A stretch of DNA of 12,136 nt from Candidatus Cryosericum sp. (GTDB taxonomy: Bacteria > Caldisericota > Caldisericia > Cryosericales > Cryosericaceae), in the NCBI GenBank assembly GCA_049699855.1, contig JBNAWM010000043.1:1-12136 (forward strand), given 5' to 3'. Under the pieces are notes generated by a model. It ran no database searches. It was not told the origin of the DNA and saw only the letters and a list, made by a program, of their open reading frames with translations. Below are positions 7,259 to 12,136 of the stretch, piece after piece. The first letter of the stretch is position 1; every line of letters starts with the position of its first letter. Made by a program: the position numbers and the translations under genes.

Positions 7259-7528
7259 ATGGCGATGGTAACGGTGAGAGTCTACTTGACTGAGGAATTC
7301 AAACAGGGGGCTGTTCCCGTGACGGCATCGAAGTATCTGGAAGCACTGCAGAGTCTGGTTGCGCAGTATCCAGTTCTCAAGGGTGTCATCCTGGGCACGG
7401 ACCTGCAGCTGAGAGGAGACTACATTTATCTCCTCAACGGGCGAAGCGTGGAGTTTCTGGGAAAGGGAGACACGCCGCTGGGGGATGGCGACTTCATAGC
7501 GGTCTTTCCACCGGTCGGGGGTGGATAG
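7259..7528 (+). CDS. moaD: MoaD/ThiS family ubiquitin-like sulfur carrier protein, 89 aa
   Basis: LLNGR...L....T.L.DGD.IAVFPPVGGG with a C-terminal di-glycine. SD GAGGTG is present. Such genes are typical neighbours of AOR genes. Confidence 0.88.
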   Translation: MAMVTVRVYLTEEFKQGAVPVTASKYLEALQSLVAQYPVLKGVILGTDLQLRGDYIYLLNGRSVEFLGKGDTPLGDGDFIAVFPPVGGG

Positions 7529-7531
7529 TCA

Positions 7532-7564
7532 GACCAGGCGCGGGGCGTAGCGCCTGGTCGTTTG
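7532..7564. terminator. GC-rich hairpin between the convergent moaD-like and FAD-oxidoreductase genes; likely terminator
   Basis: GACCAGGCGC (7532-7541), 8-nt loop, GCGCCTGGTC (7550-7559), followed by GTTTG on the + strand. Confidence 0.6.
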
Positions 7565-7579
7565 ATACACGGCAGTTTG

Positions 7580-8809
7580 CTACAACGCTGTCTTGAAAAC
7601 GGACGGGTATAAGTCGGCGTGTGTTACCGTCCCATGCAGAACCGACTCGACCATCGGACTGATGTTCGTCTTCTCTTTCATCATCCTCAGGTAAACGCCA
7701 GGGTTGAGGGCGCCTTCCCCGACAAAGACAAAGCCGCGTAGCTGTCCGTCCTTTACGACGATCTTCCGGTATTCGCCATCACTTGCGTACCGGTAGACCT
7801 CTCCCTCATCACGGGTGCTGATTCCACCGGTGAAAATCGTCTGTCCAAAGACCGTGAGGATATTTCTCAGCACATCGCCCGGATATGTCGTCGCCATGCC
7901 AAGCATATTCGCGGCAGCCGTGTTTGCCTGCTCAATAGCGACTGGCCAGAGAGCATGAAGCGTTTTCTGTCCCAGCAGGAGATCATCTGTTTCAACGGCA
8001 TCGCCGGCGGCGTAAATGTCCGGCACGTTCGTTTCAAGGTACTTTCCAAGAACAATTCCCTTGTTAAGCTGGACATCGCTGCCCTTCAGGAAGCCGGTAT
8101 TGGGGCGAACGCCTTTGCCGTAGACGACACAGCAGCCGGTGAGGACTTTCCCTGATGCGAGTTTCACCTCCAGGGCATCGCTCTGTTCCTTGATCTCTGC
8201 AATGTCCTCGCCCTTGAGCAGTTCCACATCGAGTCCTGCAAATGCCTTCTCGATGATGGCAGAAGCCTCCTTGTCGACAATCTGCGACAACATCCTGTCC
8301 GAGGAAATAACATAGGTGACGGGGATGCCAAGCTTCACCAGCGCGTCGCCCACCTCGGCATTGACCAGCCCGGCGCCCGACAGAATAACCCTCTTCTGGG
8401 AGGACTCGGCGATTCTCTTCTTGATGACCTCGACGTCTCCAATGTTTCGTACCCCGACGACAGCAGAGAGTCTGGAGCCCGGGATGTCGGGAATGAACGG
8501 TGACGTACCGGTTGCTATCAGCAGTCTATCATATTCATACTGCCCACCATCGCGGGTGTGGACTGTCTTGGCGACGGTGTCGATGCTGTCCACACCCTTG
8601 TTCAACATGACATCCACCCCGGCAGCCGCGGGAAGCGTGCAGTTGTCAAACCACGTCATCCCGGAGAGGATGTAGGGAAGGGACATCTTGCCATAGGGTG
8701 CAACGCCCTCCGCCGAAAGCACCGTCACCTCCTGCTCCGGGCTGAGCTGCTTGATTCTCGCAGCCGCCGTCATCCCTGCGATTGACGCACCAACAATCAC
8801 GTGTCTCAT
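7580..8809 (-). CDS. NAD(P)/FAD-dependent oxidoreductase (pyridine nucleotide-disulfide fold; AorC-like), 409 aa (true start MRHVIVG at 8809)
   Basis: FAD motif VIVGASIAG, YDRLLIATG, dinucleotide motif ILSGAGLV, GVRPN, ETNVPDIYAAGD and WPVAIEQA. The ATG overlaps the AOR stop (ATGA, 8809..8806). Confidence 0.9.
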   Translation of the reverse strand: MRHVIVGASIAGMTAAARIKQLSPEQEVTVLSAEGVAPYGKMSLPYILSGMTWFDNCTLPAAAGVDVMLNKGVDSIDTVAKTVHTRDGGQYEYDRLLIATGTSPFIPDIPGSRLSAVVGVRNIGDVEVIKKRIAESSQKRVILSGAGLVNAEVGDALVKLGIPVTYVISSDRMLSQIVDKEASAIIEKAFAGLDVELLKGEDIAEIKEQSDALEVKLASGKVLTGCCVVYGKGVRPNTGFLKGSDVQLNKGIVLGKYLETNVPDIYAAGDAVETDDLLLGQKTLHALWPVAIEQANTAAANMLGMATTYPGDVLRNILTVFGQTIFTGGISTRDEGEVYRYASDGEYRKIVVKDGQLRGFVFVGEGALNPGVYLRMMKEKTNISPMVESVLHGTVTHADLYPSVFKTAL

Positions 8810-10623
8810 GACAAATCTTGGAGTCCCAGCTCTTGCAGCCTTTCCTTCGTGGGGACACTGTCCTCGCCCCATCCTCTCAGCGAGTAGTATTCGCCCAGCA
8901 TCCTGTCCAGGTCTTCAACCTCTCCCTTTGAGGGTCCGGTGACGACCGGCTCATGCAGAATCCTTGGCGGCAAGGTGTCGTCCTTTCCGGTCAGGCCTGC
9001 CTTCAGGTTGAAGAGCTTCTCCATGTTCCAGATCCGCTCGCCAATCTTCAAGAACTCCTTCTCGTCGCACTCAAACCCCGTGGCCGCGGAGTACAGCTGA
9101 GCAAAGTCCGTGGCCTGCAGTCCAAATGTCGTAAACAGGCAGATGCCCAGCGAATCGAGCGCTGCTGTCAGGTCTTGCAAGAACTTCGTGACGGCTGCCT
9201 TGCCCTCGTACGCCAACCGGTCAAGGCCAGGCGAGAGCACCTCGGCAGCGATGGTGTAGCCTCTGACATGGCAGGCACCCCTGTTGCTGGTTGCATATTC
9301 AAGACCAATCCCTTTGACGCCTCGCGGGTCATAGGCGGGGAACTCCTGCTTCTTCACGGACATGGACAGTTCTGGATGCCCATAATGCTCGGCAAGTCTG
9401 TACGACCCCTGCGCCAGCAACTTCCCAAACGCGTCCTTCTGCTCTCCCATGGCACGAATGGATTCAACGAGAGCGTCAGGATCACCAAACTTCAGAGGGA
9501 AGGGGGCGTCCCCTGCCGGCATATACCCTTTCTCATAGAGCTCCATGGCACAGGCAACTGTCGACCCGGCCGAGATTCCATCAATGCCATAGCGGTCCGT
9601 CAGATAGTTTGCCATGGTGATGGCATTCAGATCGGAAACACCGCACATGGCCCCTAGCGACCAGATAGGCTCATACTCGGGCCCGCCACCGTGCTCGCCC
9701 TTGTACTTGCCTTCCTTGATGACCGTCACCCTTCCACAGGCAATCGGGCAATCCGAACATCCTTCGTTCCGCACCAGGTTCTGCGCACGCAGCGTCTCAC
9801 CGCTGATTTTGTCTGCCTCGGCAAAATAGGCGTCCTGAGCGTTCCTCGTAGGCAATGAACCCACAGAATTGATAATATTCACGAGAACTGCCGTTCCATA
9901 CAAGGGGAGCCCTCCGCTGGCAACGGGGTTCTGCGCGAGAATCTCGCGTGTTGACCGCACAGCCTCCAGAAACTTGTCGTGATCGGCAACCGAAACGCCC
10001 TTGTTCCCGCGCACGACGATGCCCTTGAGATTCTTGCTGCCAACCACTGCTCCAACACCTGTTCTGCCCGATGCTCTGTGCCCGTTGAACATGACGTTGG
10101 AAATCATGGACAGCTTCTCGCCGCCTGGTCCGATCTCCATGGTCTCAGCTTCGAGATGCGTTTCCTCCCGCAGCAGGCGGTCAGTGTCGTTGACAAGCTT
10201 GCCCCACAAATGCTTTGCATCACGGAACTCGACCTTGCCCTTGTTGATCCACAGGTACACGGGCTCGCTGGCCTTCCCTTCCAGGACAATCATGTCATAT
10301 CCCGTTCTCTTCAACATCGGGCCGAAATAGCCCCCAGCGTTGGAACAGGCAATGGTATTGTTGAGAGGGCCCTTGGTAATCACCATGACCCTGCCCGATG
10401 AAGGGGCAGTCGTCCCGTCCAGAGGACCAGTTGCGATGACAACCTTGTTTTCGGGGGAGAGCGGGTCTGCCTTGGGGTCTACCTCGTCCACGATGATCCG
10501 CGTACCATATCCCCTTCCACCAATGTATCTCTTTGCCCAGTCCTCACGCAGCGCTTCTTCCTTGACACTGCGGTCGGTGAGATTTACCCTGAGAATGGTT
10601 CCCTGATATCCTCCGTCCATCAT
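8806..10623 (-). CDS. aor: Tungsten-containing aldehyde:ferredoxin oxidoreductase catalytic subunit (canonical AOR, AorB-like), about 605 aa
   Basis: Motifs IGGRGYG, DPLSPEN, SNAGG, GRTGVGAVVGSKNLKG, CSDCPIACG, GPEYE, DRYGID, KKQEFPAYDPR, RGACH, DSLGIC and YYSLRGW. SD GGGGGTG and ATGA overlap with the upstream gene. The start could be 10623 or 10620. Confidence 0.95.
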   Translation of the reverse strand: MMDGGYQGTILRVNLTDRSVKEEALREDWAKRYIGGRGYGTRIIVDEVDPKADPLSPENKVVIATGPLDGTTAPSSGRVMVITKGPLNNTIACSNAGGYFGPMLKRTGYDMIVLEGKASEPVYLWINKGKVEFRDAKHLWGKLVNDTDRLLREETHLEAETMEIGPGGEKLSMISNVMFNGHRASGRTGVGAVVGSKNLKGIVVRGNKGVSVADHDKFLEAVRSTREILAQNPVASGGLPLYGTAVLVNIINSVGSLPTRNAQDAYFAEADKISGETLRAQNLVRNEGCSDCPIACGRVTVIKEGKYKGEHGGGPEYEPIWSLGAMCGVSDLNAITMANYLTDRYGIDGISAGSTVACAMELYEKGYMPAGDAPFPLKFGDPDALVESIRAMGEQKDAFGKLLAQGSYRLAEHYGHPELSMSVKKQEFPAYDPRGVKGIGLEYATSNRGACHVRGYTIAAEVLSPGLDRLAYEGKAAVTKFLQDLTAALDSLGICLFTTFGLQATDFAQLYSAATGFECDEKEFLKIGERIWNMEKLFNLKAGLTGKDDTLPPRILHEPVVTGPSKGEVEDLDRMLGEYYSLRGWGEDSVPTKERLQELGLQDLS

Positions 10624-11111
10624 GGATTCACCCCCTTGGCCATCTCTGAGGCAATACGCCGATATGCCTCAGCGACTCCGTGCTGCTTGCTCGAGACCTC
10701 ATCCTCGACCTCTACATAGGTCAGCGCCTCCGCCTTGCATACCTTGACGCAGGCAGGATCTCCACCGCACTGATCGCACTTGATGATCTCCTTGCCCAGA
10801 TGGTTGAGCTTGATGGAACCCCATGGACAGGCAACCACACACTGCTTGCAACCGATGCACTTCTCCTTGAGGAAGTCGACCAGACCAGTCTCCGTGTTCT
10901 TCACCAGAGCAGAAGTGGGACAAACCTCTGCGCAGTACGGTATCTCACATTGACTGCAGACCGTCGGGACAAATGTGAGATCTTCATGGAAGGTGATCAC
11001 ATTGATCCGGGAATCCAGTGGATTGAAGACATCCGTCTTGGCAAACGAACATGCGTCCATACATGCCCGGCAACCAGTACATTTCGCCGGCTCAAGTACA
11101 AGTACCTTCAC
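10620..11111 (-). CDS. 4x[4Fe-4S] electron-transfer protein (DmsB/CooF-like; AorA-like), 163 aa (true start GTG at 11111)
   Basis: CTGCRACMDAC, CSQCEIPYCAEVC, CIGCKQCVVAC and CDQCGGDPACVKVC give 16 Cys. SD AGGAGG (11124..11119) lies 7 nt before the GTG. Confidence 0.93.
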   Translation of the reverse strand: MKVLVLEPAKCTGCRACMDACSFAKTDVFNPLDSRINVITFHEDLTFVPTVCSQCEIPYCAEVCPTSALVKNTETGLVDFLKEKCIGCKQCVVACPWGSIKLNHLGKEIIKCDQCGGDPACVKVCKAEALTYVEVEDEVSSKQHGVAEAYRRIASEMAKGVNP

Positions 11112-11130
11112 ACTCGCGCCTCCTTGATGC

Positions 11131-11226
11131 AATTCCCTTTCCAAGCGCGGGAGGCACAGGAGTTTTCTCCGGTGCCCTATGGCTTCACTCCGTAGCATCT
11201 GCCGTAGGCCATGAAGCTCGGGTACC
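11131..11226 (-). ncRNA. Moco RNA motif riboswitch lacking P3 (tungsten-cofactor/Tuco-type variant) in the aorABC leader
   Basis: Minus strand: GGTACCC-GA-GCTTCAT-GGCCTACGGCAGATGCTACGGA-GTGAAGC-CAT-AGGGCACCGGAG-AAAA-CTCCTGTGCCT-C-CCG-CGCT-TGG-AAA-GGGAATT. It carries the Moco signatures CCGAG, CCUA..UAYGG, AGGG and CCUCCCG....UGGAAAGG. P1, P2, P4 and P5 all pair. Only 3 nt separate P2 and P4, so there is no P3. Confidence 0.85.
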
Positions 11227-11229
11227 TTA

Positions 11230-11257
11230 CTCATACTTCATCTGCGAAAATTGTCAA
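11230..11257 (-). promoter_or_regulatory. sigma70-type promoter of the aorABC-like operon
   Basis: Perfect TTGACA (11257..11252), 16 nt, TATGAG (11235..11230). The predicted start falls at the 5' strand of riboswitch P1. Confidence 0.6.
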
Positions 11258-11287
11258 GGATTTCTGTTGGAAGGACAGTTCAGTGCC

Positions 11288-12136
11288 TTATCGGTCCCTC
11301 GGTCTCTCCCTGGGCCCGATGATGATCGTGTGCGTCGGGATGCCCAGCGTATGACGATACTTCAGGACATGGCGCTCGTCATCCTTGAGAAATGTGCCGT
11401 CCGTCATCCACACGGAATAGCCAAACGGATACTGCAGCGGGGGCACAAAGATCTCAGTAGGCTCAATGATGCCGGGGTCATGACGGAAGGTGAACCGCAG
11501 GACCCTGCGGCGCATATCGAAGGACAACGAAAGAGGCTCGCCGGCCGTGGCAATGGGATACGGACGCACGAGAGCACGCAGAGCACGCCCGCCTTTGTCG
11601 AGGACCCGCACGTCGCGCCCTTGGTCTGCACTCCAGATGGACAGGTCTTCGCCGTTCCAGCCATCGCCACGCTCATTGGTGTTGCTCGCCGTGTAGTTCC
11701 AGATCGTCGCTGAACACAGGCTGCCTTCCACCGCGGACAGGCTCCGATCCATGAGTGCCTCCTGCTCGCTGAAGTCGCCCGTTCGGAACGCCTGTCCCCC
11801 GCGCAGATCATACTTGATGCCGATTTCACCAATCAGCGTGGGGCCATGCAAGCGCTCCGTCCCTGCCGTCGCAGCGTAGCCAGCTGCCAGGCAAAACTGC
11901 GACGGATGGCCCATGGTCCGATGACCACGCGGTGACGCAGGAAGTCGTACCCAAGCCACCTGCTCATCCGCTTCAGAAGCAACGGAACCATGTCATACCA
12001 GTGTGGCGCAGAAACCAGTCCCGTATAGCCATCGCCTACCAGGGGCGGAGGCGACTCAACCTCACCCTCGACAAAGATCAGCGCTGACGGATCTACCATC
12101 CGGATGGCGTCCACGTAGCGACGCACAAAGGGGACA
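11288..12136 (-). pseudogene. Glycoside hydrolase family 5 (endoglycoceramidase / steryl-beta-glucosidase-like, GH5_12-type) with GH5 C-terminal domain; 5'-truncated by the window and frameshifted near 11862
   Basis: Frame 1 (open from the window edge, stop at 11833) has IFVEG and APHWYD. Frame 2 (to 11288) has PTLIGEIG (nucleophile Glu), WNY, GDGWNGEDLSIWS, GGRAL..LVRPYP..TAG.P and PTEIFVP..QYP.GY. One extra base at CAG-GG-ACG joins the two frames. Confidence 0.75.

Noticed and set aside
8810..8872. 21-aa N-terminal extension of the FAD oxidoreductase
   Set aside because: It lies within the AOR gene. The Rossmann motif begins right after ATG 8809, which forms an ATGA overlap.
11112..11234. 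41-aa N-terminal extension of the 4Fe-4S protein
   Set aside because: This stretch is the riboswitch leader and the -10 box. A strong SD supports GTG 11111.
11864..11959. ATG 11959 as the start of an independent 223-aa gene
   Set aside because: The first 32 or so residues are out of frame with the GH5 homology. The ORF is the downstream half of a frameshifted gene.
1..12136. Mobile elements, CRISPR arrays, tRNA/rRNA genes, selenocysteine read-through
   Set aside because: I saw no transposase or integrase motifs, repeat-spacer arrays, cloverleaf structures or in-frame TGA at conserved Cys positions.

Overview
This GC-rich window looks like an anaerobic bacterial redox and amino-acid catabolism locus. 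Left to right it holds: the first 13 codons of a divergent gene (RITTHPILE, resembling a (2Fe-2S)/FAD proline-dehydrogenase or sarcosine-oxidase alpha subunit); an atypical 723-aa tungsten aldehyde:ferredoxin oxidoreductase (AOR/WOR family); an apparently leaderless ArsR/SmtB regulator; a minus-strand operon of a radical-SAM activase, a HypD-like glycyl radical enzyme (trans-4-hydroxy-L-proline dehydratase) and an alpha/beta hydrolase; a MoaD/ThiS sulfur carrier; a translationally coupled aorABC-like operon (4x[4Fe-4S] protein, canonical 605-aa AOR, FAD/NAD oxidoreductase); and the 3' part of a frameshifted GH5 endoglycoceramidase-like gene. Three things stand out. (1) The aorABC leader contains a Moco-type riboswitch without the P3 stem (the tungsten-cofactor 'Tuco' variant), and its anti-SD pairing implies an ON switch. 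(2) The HypD-like enzyme sits between two W-AORs with no P5C reductase in the window, suggesting an oxidative hydroxyproline -> P5C/glutamate semialdehyde -> glutamate route. (3) A leaderless 18-codon ORF is coupled to the activase start. All family calls come from motif recognition by eye; no searches were run.
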